Shown here one piece after another: positions 7,971-17,419 of a DNA stretch of 24,000 bases; the first letter of the stretch is position 1; each line of letters starts with the position of its first letter. Where the stretch lies: contig CAWHLE010000024.1 of assembly GCA_963830155.1 (NCBI GenBank), positions 179,602-203,601 of the forward strand. The letters are read 5' to 3'. This DNA is from an uncultured delta proteobacterium. Lineage in GTDB: Bacteria; Desulfobacterota; DSM-4660; Desulfatiglandales; Desulfatiglandaceae. The notes under the pieces are model-generated. The model did not search any database and was not told where the DNA came from. It saw only the letters and a list, made by a program, of their open reading frames with translations. Made by a program: the position numbers and the translations under genes.

Positions 7971-9299
7971 ATGATTTCTGATCTGAGCAGAATGGTTGAC
8001 CAAGTGAGTCGTGAAAAGGGCGTGGACCGCGAAGTGCTCCTCCGAGCCTTGGAGGAGGCCGTAAAGGCGGCTGCGAAAAAGAGATTTGGTCACGATACCG
8101 AGATAGAAGTCGCTTACAACGAGGCGATTGGGGAGATCGAGGTCTTTGAGTTCAAGGAGGTGGTCGAGACGGTCAGAAATCCAGAGCTTGAGGTCTCAAT
8201 GGATGAAGCAAAGAAGCTCGATCCGGAATCCGAGATCGGAGACAGCCTTGGCATGAAGATGGATACCGATAAGCTCGGGCGGATCGCCGCCCAGTCCGCA
8301 AAACAGGTGATCATGCAGAGGCTCAAGGAGGCGGAACGTGACGTTGTGTATGACGACTTCAAGGACAGGCGGGGCGAAATTATCAATGGGATCGTGCAGC
8401 GGTTTGACAAGGGCGCTATTATCGCGAACCTGGGCCGTACGGAGGCCGAGCTGCCTGCCAAGGAGCAGATTCCCAAGGAAGCATACAAGCAGGGCGATCG
8501 GATCAGGGCCTATATCCTGGAAGTGAGGCAATTCAGCCGTGGGCCTCAGATTATCCTATCGAGAACGCACCCCAATTTTCTGTCGGCTCTGTTCGAAACC
8601 GAGGTTCCCGAGATCTCTGAGGGTATCGTCAAAGTCATGCAAGTGGCCCGTGAACCCGGCAGCAGGGCCAAGATCGCCGTGGCGTCCCGGGACACGGATG
8701 TGGACCCCGTGGGCGCCTGCGTTGGTATGAAGGGGAGCAGGGTCCAGGCGGTGGTGCAGGAGCTGCGAGGTGAAAAGATCGATATTATCCCCTGGGATCC
8801 GGATCCGGCCAAATTCATCTGCAGTGCCCTGGCCCCGGCTGAAATCATCCGCGTGGTCGTGGATGAGACCAACCACTCCATGGAAGTCGTTGTTCCGGAT
8901 GACCAGTTGTCGCTGGCCATCGGGAGAAAGGGGCAGAACGTGAGGCTGGGCTCAAGACTTACCGGATGGAGTCTGGATGTGGTGAATGAGACCAATTACA
9001 ATCTGGCCTTACGGGAAGGACTCAAGTCCCTGATCGGTCTCGATGGCGTCAACGAGAAGCTTGCCTCGTTCCTCTATGAGGAAGGGTTCGGGTCCGCAGC
9101 GGATCTGAGCAAGGCGACCGTGGCCGACCTGATGGACATAGAAGGCATGACGGAAGATACGGCCGCTCAGCTGATCCAAAAGGCAGCGGAGTCTTTAACC
9201 TCACAACATGCCGAAGACGTTGCCCCCACGGGGGATTCATTGAACGAAGAGGTCAAGTCGGACGTCGAGGCGGGCCATGGGGAGGAAGAGAGGACATAA
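7971..9299 (+). CDS. nusA: transcription termination/antitermination factor NusA
   Basis: The N-terminal domain, S1 domain (GEIINGIVQRFDKGAIIANLG), two KH domains (DPVGACVGMKGSRVQAVVQELRGEKIDII; LSLAIGRKGQNVRLGSRLTGW) and a C-terminal helix-hairpin-helix-like acidic tail are all present. Confidence 0.95.
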   Translation: MISDLSRMVDQVSREKGVDREVLLRALEEAVKAAAKKRFGHDTEIEVAYNEAIGEIEVFEFKEVVETVRNPELEVSMDEAKKLDPESEIGDSLGMKMDTDKLGRIAAQSAKQVIMQRLKEAERDVVYDDFKDRRGEIINGIVQRFDKGAIIANLGRTEAELPAKEQIPKEAYKQGDRIRAYILEVRQFSRGPQIILSRTHPNFLSALFETEVPEISEGIVKVMQVAREPGSRAKIAVASRDTDVDPVGACVGMKGSRVQAVVQELRGEKIDIIPWDPDPAKFICSALAPAEIIRVVVDETNHSMEVVVPDDQLSLAIGRKGQNVRLGSRLTGWSLDVVNETNYNLALREGLKSLIGLDGVNEKLASFLYEEGFGSAADLSKATVADLMDIEGMTEDTAAQLIQKAAESLTSQHAEDVAPTGDSLNEEVKSDVEAGHGEEERT

Positions 9300-9555
9300 G
9301 CCCATCCGGACCTGTGTCGGATGCGGGGTGAAGGTTTCCAAAGAGCAGTTGACCCGCTTGGTCTTGGGCCATGGCGACCTGATTGAGGTGGATCCCTTCC
9401 GTACTTCACCCGGAAGGGGCGGTTATGTTTGTTTCGATGCATCCTGCAGGGCCGGGCTGGCCGCAAACCGTCGACTTGGCAGGGCTTTGAGATTGGAGGG
9501 TCCGATGCGCTTCAGCCCCTGTTTCGGGGAGGAGCTGGCGCGTCTCATCTTTTGA
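9277..9555 (+). CDS. ylxR: YlxR/DUF448 family RNA-binding protein
   Basis: The sequence has PIRTCVGCGVKVSKEQLTRLV and GRGGYVCFDASC, the typical YlxR signature. It overlaps the nusA 3' end by 23 nt and holds the conserved position between nusA and infB. Confidence 0.85.
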   Translation: MGRKRGHKPIRTCVGCGVKVSKEQLTRLVLGHGDLIEVDPFRTSPGRGGYVCFDASCRAGLAANRRLGRALRLEGPMRFSPCFGEELARLIF

Positions 9556-9600
9556 ATGATTGGAAGAACCGACGACATCTGACGGATTTCGGGGGACTCT

Positions 9601-10206
9601 ATGGCGAAGGTTAGGGTTTATGAACTTGCGAGAGATCTCAATATGGACAGCCGAGAGTTGGTCGACAAACTGACGGCGGCGGGCCTGGGCATCAAAAACT
9701 ACATGAGCACGCTCGATGATGCGCTCTTGGAGAAGGCCAGGGAGATTGCGGTGGGCCGAGTATCGGAGGTCGTCGAGGAAAAGAGGATAAAGCCCACGGT
9801 CATCCGCAGAAGGAAGGTGCAGGTCGTTGTCCAGCCAGAGGCCGCAGAGGCGCCCGAAGCCCCTGAAGAAGCGCCATCCCCGAAGAAGCGCCATCCCCCG
9901 AAGAAGAGCGAGCCGAGGCTGGTGGCGGAATCTCCGGAGGCGGAGGTGAAAGAGGAAGTGGAAGTCGTGGCGGAAGCGGTCGTTCCCGAAGAAATCGTCC
10001 CTCCCGTTGAGCGCGAAGTGGTCGAGGAAACGGTGAAAGGACCGGAGGATGTGGGGGAATCGGTTCTTCCGGAGGGTGAGGACGCTCAGCCTGCTGGCGG
10101 AGGTCCGGGTGAAGCCCAAGAAGGGCAAAAAGAGACGAATGGATCAGCCCGCCCGGATCATCAAGCTCCCAGAGGTGGAGATGGAGGAGGTGGCTCCGAC
10201 CGTTAA
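9601..10206 (+). CDS. infB: translation initiation factor IF-2, N-terminal segment (frame 1), separated from the rest of infB by a +1 frame break
   Basis: The ORF begins [40 protein letters not shown], the IF2_N domain, followed by an acidic/Pro/Ala-rich low-complexity linker. It ends at TAA 10204-10206, while the IF-2 body continues in frame 2. Confidence 0.8.
   Translation: MAKVRVYELARDLNMDSRELVDKLTAAGLGIKNYMSTLDDALLEKAREIAVGRVSEVVEEKRIKPTVIRRRKVQVVVQPEAAEAPEAPEEAPSPKKRHPPKKSEPRLVAESPEAEVKEEVEVVAEAVVPEEIVPPVEREVVEETVKGPEDVGESVLPEGEDAQPAGGGPGEAQEGQKETNGSARPDHQAPRGGDGGGGSDR
9865..9906 (+). repeat. 17/18-nt tandem direct repeat inside the infB linker (about 2.4 copies)
   Basis: GAAGAAGCGCCATCCCC (9865-9881) is followed by GAAGAAGCGCCATCCCCC (9882-9899) and GAAGAAG (9900-9906). 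Because the first unit is 17 nt, the two copies are read in different frames (EEAPSP versus KKRHPP). Confidence 0.85.
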
Positions 10207-12259
10207 GGCGGGAGAGGAGGCGCCGGTCGTACCCTCGATCGCTGTTGCCGGGCCTCAAGGGGCGGCGGTTGAGGAGGCAGAGGGGGAGTCCCAGAAGGCC
10301 AAGTTCCCCAAGACGAAAAAAGATAAGAGACGTGTGGAAATTGAGGCCCCGGCACCCAAGGGGGCCGTGCGCTACAGGAAGAAGGAGATATTCGAACGGG
10401 CGGAACTCTATGAAGGCCGAGTGGTAAAGCGCAAGGAAAGGAAGGGCGGGAAGGGCAAGGAGACCGTCCGAAGGCTCAGGCAGCCGGAGATCACGGTTCC
10501 AAGGGCCATCAAGAGAAGGATAAAGATGCAGGATTCCGTCACCGTTTCCGAGCTGGCCAAGGCCATGGGACTGAAAGGGGCCGAGCTTCTGGGCGCGTTG
10601 TTGAGGCAAGGGGTGGTGGTCCACATCAATCAAGCGATCGATTTCGAAACAGCCTCCCTTGCGGCGGAGGAATTCGGCTACGAACTGGAGCTTGACACGT
10701 TCCAGGAGGAGACGCTCCTGGCTGAATCCGAGGACCGATCCGAGGATTTGATCCCTCGGCCGCCCGTCGTGACGATCATGGGACACGTGGACCACGGGAA
10801 GACTTCATTGCTGGATTATATTCGACATTCAAACATCGCGGCGGGCGAGTCGGGGGGCATCACGCAGCACATCGGGGCCTACTATGTGGAGACCGAGGGC
10901 GGGGATATCGTCTTTTTGGACACCCCGGGCCATGAGGCCTTCACCGCCATGCGGGCGAGAGGCGCAAAGGTGACGGACCTGATTGTTCTCGTTGTGGCCG
11001 CGGACGACGGTGTCATGCCCCAGACGAAGGAGGCCGTCAATCACGCCCGTGCAGCGAGCATTCCCATCGTCGTCGCCATCAACAAGATCGACAAAGCCGA
11101 CGCAAACCCCGACCGGGTCAAGCGTGAACTGGCCGAGCTGGGCCTCTCGCCCGAAGAGTGGGGTGGCGAGACCATCTTCGGGAACATCTCCGCCAAGACC
11201 GGAGAGGGGATCGATGATCTGCTGGGGCTGATCCTGCTTCAGTCCGAGATGTTAGAGCTGAAAGGAAACGCCAACAAGGCAGCCCGCGGATCCGTGATCG
11301 AGGCAAAGCTCGACAAGACCCGGGGGCCTCTGGCGACGGTGTTGATCAAGAACGGAACGCTGAAGCCGGGAGACTATTTCATCTGTGGGCACCATTCGGG
11401 CAAGGTGCGCGCCATGATGAACCATCGTGGGAAAAGGCTTAAATCGGCAGGTCCTTCCGTCCCGGTTGAGATTTATGGCATTTCCGGGGTCCCCATGGCC
11501 GGTGACGAATTCATCGTCGTGGGAGACGAAAGGGCGGCCAGGCAGGTGATCGAGCACCGCAAGGAGATGATCAAGAAACAGGAGGTTTCAAAGAAGGGGA
11601 TCGTCAGCCTGGATGACCTCTTCAAGAGAATCAAAGACGGCGAGGTCAAGGAACTGAACATCGTCGTCAAGGCCGACGTTCAGGGATCTATGGAGGCCCT
11701 TTCGGATTCGCTGGCCAAGTTGAGCACCGACGAAGTAAAGGTGAGAATGATTCACGCGGCCACGGGGGCCATCACGGAATCCGACGTCATGCTTGCATCG
11801 GCCTCGGGTGCCATCATCATCGGGTTCAATGTCCGGGCCAACCCGCGCGTGGCCGAAATCGCGGAGAAGGAGAAGGTGGATATCCGCTACTACGATGTGA
11901 TCTACAATGTCATCAAGGATATCCGAAACGCCATGGTGGGACTCCTGGAGCCCACTTACAAAGAACGCGTTATTGGCAGGGCCGATATCAAGGAGGTCTT
12001 TCACGTTCCAAAGGTGGGGGCGGTGGCCGGCTCTTACGTCACCGACGGACACCTGGAACGCAACGCCAATGTGAGGGTCCTGCGTGACGATGTGGTGGTC
12101 TTCACCGGCAAGATAGGGTCACTCAGACGATTCAAGGAAGATGTGAAGGAGGTGGCCACCGGATACGAATGCGGCATAGGGATTGAGAACTACCAGGACC
12201 TGAAACCTGGTGACGTCCTGGAGGTGTTCCAGTTCGATCAGGTGGCCGCGGAGCTCTAA
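10049..12259 (+). CDS. infB: translation initiation factor IF-2, main body (frame 2): linker, G domain and C-terminal domains
   Basis: G1 is [16 protein letters not shown]3 is DTPGHEAF and G4 is NKIDK. The conserved C-terminal domains are present ([26 protein letters not shown]). Frame 2 is open only from 10037, because of a TGA at 10034-10036. The track start ATG 10049 has AAAGGA 7 nt upstream, and ATG 10139 is another candidate. Confidence 0.9.
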   Translation: MWGNRFFRRVRTLSLLAEVRVKPKKGKKRRMDQPARIIKLPEVEMEEVAPTVKAGEEAPVVPSIAVAGPQGAAVEEAEGESQKAKFPKTKKDKRRVEIEAPAPKGAVRYRKKEIFERAELYEGRVVKRKERKGGKGKETVRRLRQPEITVPRAIKRRIKMQDSVTVSELAKAMGLKGAELLGALLRQGVVVHINQAIDFETASLAAEEFGYELELDTFQEETLLAESEDRSEDLIPRPPVVTIMGHVDHGKTSLLDYIRHSNIAAGESGGITQHIGAYYVETEGGDIVFLDTPGHEAFTAMRARGAKVTDLIVLVVAADDGVMPQTKEAVNHARAASIPIVVAINKIDKADANPDRVKRELAELGLSPEEWGGETIFGNISAKTGEGIDDLLGLILLQSEMLELKGNANKAARGSVIEAKLDKTRGPLATVLIKNGTLKPGDYFICGHHSGKVRAMMNHRGKRLKSAGPSVPVEIYGISGVPMAGDEFIVVGDERAARQVIEHRKEMIKKQEVSKKGIVSLDDLFKRIKDGEVKELNIVVKADVQGSMEALSDSLAKLSTDEVKVRMIHAATGAITESDVMLASASGAIIIGFNVRANPRVAEIAEKEKVDIRYYDVIYNVIKDIRNAMVGLLEPTYKERVIGRADIKEVFHVPKVGAVAGSYVTDGHLERNANVRVLRDDVVVFTGKIGSLRRFKEDVKEVATGYECGIGIENYQDLKPGDVLEVFQFDQVAAEL

Positions 12260-12261
12260 CC

Positions 12262-12549
12262 ATGGTGGTGGGCACGTTGAGGGTGGCGTTTCTCCTGGTT
12301 GACAATCAATCGCTGAAGGGCAAGCGTAAGGTCGTCCGAAGCATGGTCGACAGGGTCAAGTCGCGTTTCAATGCAGCCGTCGCGGAGGTCGGCTCAAACG
12401 ACAAGTGGCAGATGATCGAGCTGGGGATCGCCACAGTGGGAAACGACAGACAGCATATGGATTCCTCCCTCAACCATATCCTCTCTTTTCTCGACTCAAC
12501 GGGTCTCGCGCAGTTGGTCGATTCGGAGATGGAGATCCTGAATGTCTGA
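12262..12549 (+). CDS. DUF503 family protein (YlxP-like)
   Basis: The 95-aa product reads GTLRVAFLLVDNQSLKGKRKVVRSMVDRVKSRFNAAVAEVG...WQMIELGIATVGND, which is typical of the small DUF503 protein found between infB and rbfA. It starts 2 nt after the infB stop. Confidence 0.8.
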   Translation: MVVGTLRVAFLLVDNQSLKGKRKVVRSMVDRVKSRFNAAVAEVGSNDKWQMIELGIATVGNDRQHMDSSLNHILSFLDSTGLAQLVDSEMEILNV

Positions 12550-12568
12550 TCAACACTAGGTGGTGGCC

Positions 12569-12988
12569 ATGGCGACAGGGAATCGAGCACAGCGGGTCGG
12601 CGATCAGATCCTTAAGGTCATCGCGCCTTTTCTCCTCCAGAAGGTGAAAGACCCAAGGGTTGAGGGGGTGACGCTGACCGGAGTGCGTTTGAGCAAAGAC
12701 CTCAAGGTGGCAAAGGTCTATTTCAGCGTCTTGGGAGAAGATAAAAACATAAGAAATGCCGCGGACGGACTTGAAAGCGCCAAGGGGTTTATCAAACGGG
12801 AGCTCGGGTCAAGGCTTGATCTGAGGGTCATGCCGGATATCCAGTTTCTGCACGACGAATCGTTTGCAAGGGCGTTGCGCATCGAAAGGCTCCTGGAGGA
12901 TCTTCGAAGGACCTCCCTGCATGGCAATGGATCTCTTGGAGAGAGGTTCGAAATCAAAGAGAAGGACAACTCGGAGGACATTGACTAA
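12569..12988 (+). CDS. rbfA: 30S ribosome-binding factor RbfA
   Basis: The sequence RAQRVGDQILKVIAPFLLQKVKDPRVEGVTLTGVRLSKDLKVAKVYFSVLG is diagnostic. ATG 12569 is preceded by AGGTGG 5 nt upstream, and the track start at 12560 is a GTG inside that SD. Confidence 0.9.
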   Translation: MATGNRAQRVGDQILKVIAPFLLQKVKDPRVEGVTLTGVRLSKDLKVAKVYFSVLGEDKNIRNAADGLESAKGFIKRELGSRLDLRVMPDIQFLHDESFARALRIERLLEDLRRTSLHGNGSLGERFEIKEKDNSEDID

Positions 12989-14030
12989 GCCATATTTTGA
13001 GCAAGAGGACGTCAGGTTTGCCGCTGTATCGCCTGCCTGTGAAAAGGATGCTCGTGTTCCTGCCCTCGGTGAGGTGGCCCGTACCCTGATTCAGGGTGGA
13101 CGGTTCGTGATTGTGACCCACATGGACCCGGACGGCGACGGCATCGGGTCCATGCTGGCTTTGGGCGAGGTGCTCAAAGGCGCAGGAAAAGAGGCCGTTC
13201 TCCTCACAGCGGAACCGGTGGGATTGCCCTACAGTCTTCTGCACGGAGCTGAGAAGATCGTCCAGCACCTCCAAACGGAACCACCGTTTGATGCGGCCTT
13301 GGTGCTGGATTGCGGGGAACTGTCGAGACTGGATGGCCTCAAGGGGTCGGTTCGGCGCATCCGTCCTCTGATCAATATTGATCATCATGAAACCAATGAT
13401 CGCTTCGGGGATTTGAATCTGGTGGACGGGCGAAGCTCCTCAACAGGGGAGCTGGTCTACAAAGTGATTCGCGAGGCCGGTTTCTCGATAAGCCGGGCGG
13501 CGGCCGAGAACCTCTTCGTCGCCATCATGACCGACACAGGCTCTTTTACCTACAATAATACCTCGGGAACCGCCCTGGCCATTGCCGCTCAGCTGGTCGA
13601 TCAAGGGGTGAACCCCTGGGAGATCTCAAAGAGGATTTCTCATGGATACTCCGCATCCCGATTGAGGTTGCTGGAGATGGCGCTCGGGACCCTGGAATAT
13701 CACCATGACGGCGAACTGGCCCTCATGACCATCACGACCGAGATGTTCGTTGAGGCAGGCTCGGATCGCACGGATTGTGAACGGTTTGTGGAATACCCAC
13801 GACATGTGAAGGGTGTGGAGATCGCGGCCCTGGTCCGGCAGACAAACCACAACGATTTTAGGGCGAGCCTGAGGTCCAATCGTTGGGTTAATGTGGCGCG
13901 CCTTGCCGGCCGTTTTGGTGGCGGGGGACACCCCATGGCCGCGGGATTCGAGTCAAAGGGCCCCTTGGAGGCCGTGAAGACCAAGTTGATCACTGAGGCA
14001 GCCCGCGCGTTGAACCATGAGCGCATCTGA
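12981..14030 (+). CDS. nrnA: DHH/DHHA1 family phosphoesterase (NrnA-like oligoribonuclease/pAp phosphatase)
   Basis: DHH motifs are present (VIVTHMDPDGDGIGS, VLDCG, NIDHHETN), with TDTGSF and the DHHA1 motif GGGGHPMAAG. The start is uncertain. I chose TTG 12981, which follows GGAGGA and overlaps the rbfA stop. ATG 12921 and GTG 13071 are alternatives. The stop at 14030 is firm. Confidence 0.8.
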   Translation: MTKPYFEQEDVRFAAVSPACEKDARVPALGEVARTLIQGGRFVIVTHMDPDGDGIGSMLALGEVLKGAGKEAVLLTAEPVGLPYSLLHGAEKIVQHLQTEPPFDAALVLDCGELSRLDGLKGSVRRIRPLINIDHHETNDRFGDLNLVDGRSSSTGELVYKVIREAGFSISRAAAENLFVAIMTDTGSFTYNNTSGTALAIAAQLVDQGVNPWEISKRISHGYSASRLRLLEMALGTLEYHHDGELALMTITTEMFVEAGSDRTDCERFVEYPRHVKGVEIAALVRQTNHNDFRASLRSNRWVNVARLAGRFGGGGHPMAAGFESKGPLEAVKTKLITEAARALNHERI

Positions 14031-14949
14031 CGGCATACTGTTGGTCGATAAGCGCGAAGGGGAGACCTCCTATGATGTGATCCGAAGGCTGAAATCGGCC
14101 CTCGGCAGGGGCAATACGATTAAGATTGGCCATGCAGGAACACTGGACCCCTTCGCAACCGGCCTCCTGATTGTTCTTTTGGGACAGGGGACCAAATTGT
14201 CGCGCTTTTTAATGTCCGGTGAGAAGTACTATTTGGCTACGGTCAGGCTTGGGATCGAGACGGACACCCTGGATAGGACAGGAGAGGTCACGAGAATCAG
14301 CGAGGTCCCGGAGCTGGGGGCGCTTTCGATCAAGGAGGCGATACGGACATTTGTCGGGGAGATCGAGCAGGTCCCACCGCTCTTTTCAGCCGTGAAGGTG
14401 GGCGGCAAACGGGCATACCAACTGGCCCGCCGGGGAGAATCGATCAAGCTGGCGAGGAGAAAAGTGACCGTGCACGCCCTCGAGGTCAAGTCCATTCGTC
14501 TCCCCGATCTGACCATCGAAGTGGTCTGCTCCAGCGGGACCTATATCAGGAGCCTGGCGATGGATCTAGGGAAGGCCCTTGGGACGGGCGGTCATCTTAA
14601 ATCCCTGAGAAGACTTACGAGCGGTCCTTTCAGCGTGGACGACGGGGTGAGCTCCGGGGTCATCACCCGGCCGTGGGTGGAAGCGGCGCTCCAAGAGCGG
14701 CTGATGCCGCTTCGCGACGCCCTGCCGAACCTGATGGAGGTTTATGTAGGTGAAGGAATGGCCAGAAAGGTCAGGCAAGGGCAAAGCCTCCTTGCGGATG
14801 AGCTTCACCAGGGGGCTGGTCCCACAACATGCCCTCCCGGCTTTTTCAAGCTGGTTTATGACGGCGAGCTGGTCGCCATCGCCAGGCTGGAGGATCATCC
14901 AACCACGAACGACCGCTGTCAGGTCACCATAGAGAGGGTGTTTGTTTGA
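14017..14949 (+). CDS. truB: tRNA pseudouridine(55) synthase TruB
   Basis: The sequence has [16 protein letters not shown] and [21 protein letters not shown], which holds the catalytic Asp motif, plus [15 protein letters not shown] and [12 protein letters not shown]. It overlaps the upstream gene by 14 nt. Confidence 0.93.
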   Translation: MSASDGILLVDKREGETSYDVIRRLKSALGRGNTIKIGHAGTLDPFATGLLIVLLGQGTKLSRFLMSGEKYYLATVRLGIETDTLDRTGEVTRISEVPELGALSIKEAIRTFVGEIEQVPPLFSAVKVGGKRAYQLARRGESIKLARRKVTVHALEVKSIRLPDLTIEVVCSSGTYIRSLAMDLGKALGTGGHLKSLRRLTSGPFSVDDGVSSGVITRPWVEAALQERLMPLRDALPNLMEVYVGEGMARKVRQGQSLLADELHQGAGPTTCPPGFFKLVYDGELVAIARLEDHPTTNDRCQVTIERVFV

Positions 14950-14989
14950 GCGAAGCGTATCCATATCCATATTTCGAGGAGGTGTGAAA

Positions 14990-15259
14990 GTGGTTCTAAA
15001 TGCTGAGACAAAAAAAGAGGTTATCGATCGATTCAAACTTCATGAAAAAGACACAGGGTCTTCCGAAGTGCAGATTGCCCTGTTGAGCAACCGGATCCTG
15101 TACCTGACCGATCATTTTAAGATTCACAAGAAAGATCACCACTCGCGGCGGGGCCTCTTGAAACTGGTGGGCCAAAGAAGAAGGCTCCTCAATTATCTCA
15201 AGAAAACAGATGCGGAGCGGTATCGAAAAGTCATCAAGGAGCTCGGTATCCGGAAATAG
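14990..15259 (+). CDS. rpsO: 30S ribosomal protein S15
   Basis: Starting at GTG 14990 gives an 89-aa product ([71 protein letters not shown]). AGGAGG at 14977-14982 lies 7 nt upstream. The longer track ORF from 14942 adds 16 non-homologous residues. Confidence 0.93.
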   Translation: MVLNAETKKEVIDRFKLHEKDTGSSEVQIALLSNRILYLTDHFKIHKKDHHSRRGLLKLVGQRRRLLNYLKKTDAERYRKVIKELGIRK

Positions 15260-15307
15260 GCGGCCCGGACGGTTTATGAGAAACAAACGTCATATCAAAG
15301 TGAAAGG

Positions 15308-17419
15308 ATGTGTGGGACGATGATCAAGAGCTGTTCAGCCGAAATAAACGGGCAGACGCTGCACCTCGAGGCGGGGCGAATTGCAAGACAGGCGAGTGGG
15401 TCCGCTGTGGTGACGCTGGGTGAGACGGTTGTGCTTGTCACGGCTGTCGCATCCGATAACATCCGAGAAGGGGTCGATTTCCTCCCTTTGACCGTGGAAT
15501 ACCAGGAGATGTCCTATGCGGGCGGTCGGATCCCCGGCAATTTTTTCAGGAGAGACATGGGGAGACCCGGCGAGAGGGAGACCCTGGTCTCGCGGCTGAT
15601 CGATCGGCCCCTGAGGCCCCTTTTTCCGGATAACTACTATTACGAGACGCAGGTCATCGCCACTGTTCTCTCCGTGGACAGAGAGAACGAGGCAGATGTG
15701 TTGGCGATGCTGGGTGCCTCAGCGGCCCTGGAGCTATCCGACATCCCCTTCAAAGGGCCCATTGCCGGCGTACGGGTCGGCAGGGTCGACGGGCGTTTTG
15801 TAGCCAACCCCACGCTCACCCAGCAGCAGGAAAGCGACATCAGCCTCATCGTTGCAGGTCACCGCACGGGCGTGATGATGGTCGAAGGGGGCGGGCAGTT
15901 CGTGTCGGAATCAGACATGATCGAGGCCATTTTCTTTGGTCACAAGGCGCTCCAGCCCCTGCTGGAAATCCAGGAAACCCTTCGTAATGCATTGGGGAAA
16001 TCCAAGAAATCCCTTCCCCCGAAAGAGGAAAACGCCGGATTCAAAGTAAAGGTTCAGGAGATCGCCAAGCCCCTTTTGAGCGAGGTGATCACCACCGCGG
16101 ACAAGCAACTGAGAAATCAGCGCAGGCAAGACGCCCTGAAGCGGACCCAGGAGCAGTTGGGGGATGCGGACAAGGAACAGATCTCCGGGATCAGGGAGAT
16201 CCTGGATGAGCTGGAGAAGACCTTGGTCCGGAGGATGATCCTGGAAGATGGCCGGAGAATTGACGGCCGGGGATTCGCCGAGGTGAGGCCCATCGAATGT
16301 CTGGTGGGGTTCCTGCCCCGTGTCCACGGCTCCGCCCTCTTTACCCGGGGCGAGACACAGGCCATGGTTCTGACAACGCTTGGAACCGAGATGGACGAGC
16401 AGAGAATCGAATCAGTCTACGGGGATGAATTCAGGTCCTTCATCCTCCACTACAACTTCCCCCCTTACAGCGTTGGGGAGGTCAAGCGGTTGGGCGGTCC
16501 CGGGCGAAGGGAAATCGGCCATGGTGCCTTGGCACGAAGGGCGCTGCTGCCCGTCATTCCTCCCAAAGCCGATTTCACGTACTGTGTGAGGATTGTCTCG
16601 GAGATCCTTGAGTCCAACGGGTCATCGTCCATGGCATCGGTATGCGGGAGTTCGCTTTCGCTCATGGATGCGGGGGTCCCCATCCGGGACGCCGTGGCCG
16701 GGGTGGCCATGGGGCTGGTGTCGGACGGGGAAAAGGTCGCTGTGCTCACGGATATCATCGGCGATGAGGATCACTTTGGGGACATGGACTTCAAGGTGGC
16801 AGGCACAAAGGATGGGGTCACCGCGATCCAGATGGACATCAAGATCGAAGGGCTTACGAGAGAGGTCATGGAGCGGGCCCTGGGACAGGCCAAGGAGGCG
16901 AGGCTGCACATCCTGGGCGAGATGGAGAAGGCCATAACGAACCCGAGAGGCCATGTCTCGGAGTACGCCCCCATCATCACCATCCTCCAGATCAGGCCGG
17001 AGAAGATCAAACTCGTGATCGGTTCGGGCGGGAAGACCATTCGGGAGATCACCAGCAAGTCGGGTGCCAAGATCGACGTGGATGACACGGGCAAGGTGGT
17101 CGTTGCGGCGGTTGACAAGGAGAGCGCAAAAGTTGCCATAGACATGATCAACGGTGTGGTCCAAGAGGCTGAGGTCGGGAAGCTCTATATGGGGAAAGTG
17201 GTCAAAATCATGGACTTCGGGGCCTTTGTCGAGATTTTCCCGGGCACCGACGGTCTCATCCACATCTCACAGCTCGACAAGACCAGGGTCAACAAGGTGA
17301 CCGATATCCTCCAGGAAGGCGATGAGGTCTTGGTGAAAGTCCTGGAGGTGGATGAAAGCGGCCGGATCCGGCTTTCCCGAAAAGCGGCCCTGGGTGAGAG
17401 TATGGACGATGTATCGTAA
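15308..17419 (+). CDS. pnp: polyribonucleotide nucleotidyltransferase (PNPase)
   Basis: The protein has two RNase PH domains (ETGRIARQASGSAVV-like N-terminus, RPLRPLFP, REIGHGALARRAL, SNGSSSMASVCG), a KH domain (IGSGGKTIREI) and an S1 domain (GKVVKIMDFGAFVEIFPGTDGLIHISQL). The second ATG at 15320 (MIKSCSAEING...) is an equally plausible start. Confidence 0.95.
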   Translation: MCGTMIKSCSAEINGQTLHLEAGRIARQASGSAVVTLGETVVLVTAVASDNIREGVDFLPLTVEYQEMSYAGGRIPGNFFRRDMGRPGERETLVSRLIDRPLRPLFPDNYYYETQVIATVLSVDRENEADVLAMLGASAALELSDIPFKGPIAGVRVGRVDGRFVANPTLTQQQESDISLIVAGHRTGVMMVEGGGQFVSESDMIEAIFFGHKALQPLLEIQETLRNALGKSKKSLPPKEENAGFKVKVQEIAKPLLSEVITTADKQLRNQRRQDALKRTQEQLGDADKEQISGIREILDELEKTLVRRMILEDGRRIDGRGFAEVRPIECLVGFLPRVHGSALFTRGETQAMVLTTLGTEMDEQRIESVYGDEFRSFILHYNFPPYSVGEVKRLGGPGRREIGHGALARRALLPVIPPKADFTYCVRIVSEILESNGSSSMASVCGSSLSLMDAGVPIRDAVAGVAMGLVSDGEKVAVLTDIIGDEDHFGDMDFKVAGTKDGVTAIQMDIKIEGLTREVMERALGQAKEARLHILGEMEKAITNPRGHVSEYAPIITILQIRPEKIKLVIGSGGKTIREITSKSGAKIDVDDTGKVVVAAVDKESAKVAIDMINGVVQEAEVGKLYMGKVVKIMDFGAFVEIFPGTDGLIHISQLDKTRVNKVTDILQEGDEVLVKVLEVDESGRIRLSRKAALGESMDDVS

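Noticed and set aside
10184-10206. Possible programmed +1 frameshift at the infB frame-1 stop (GGAGGAGGTGG ... CGT TAA G), by analogy with prfB.
   Set aside because: CGT cannot re-pair in the +1 frame the way CTT does. The SD-like element is 7 nt from the CGT codon rather than the 3 nt seen between the SD-like element and CTT at the prfB site. Frame 2 already encodes the more IF-2-like peptide ([21 protein letters not shown]) about 100 nt upstream of this stop. An indel is the simpler explanation.
9406-10795. Long - strand ORFs (240 aa at 9406-10128 and 331 aa at 9800-10795) antisense to infB.
   Set aside because: They are Arg/Pro/Leu-rich and low in complexity, and they mirror the GAR/GCN-rich infB linker. 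They are fully contained in a gene with strong homology and have no recognisable motifs. This is the typical antisense open-frame artefact of GC-rich coding DNA.
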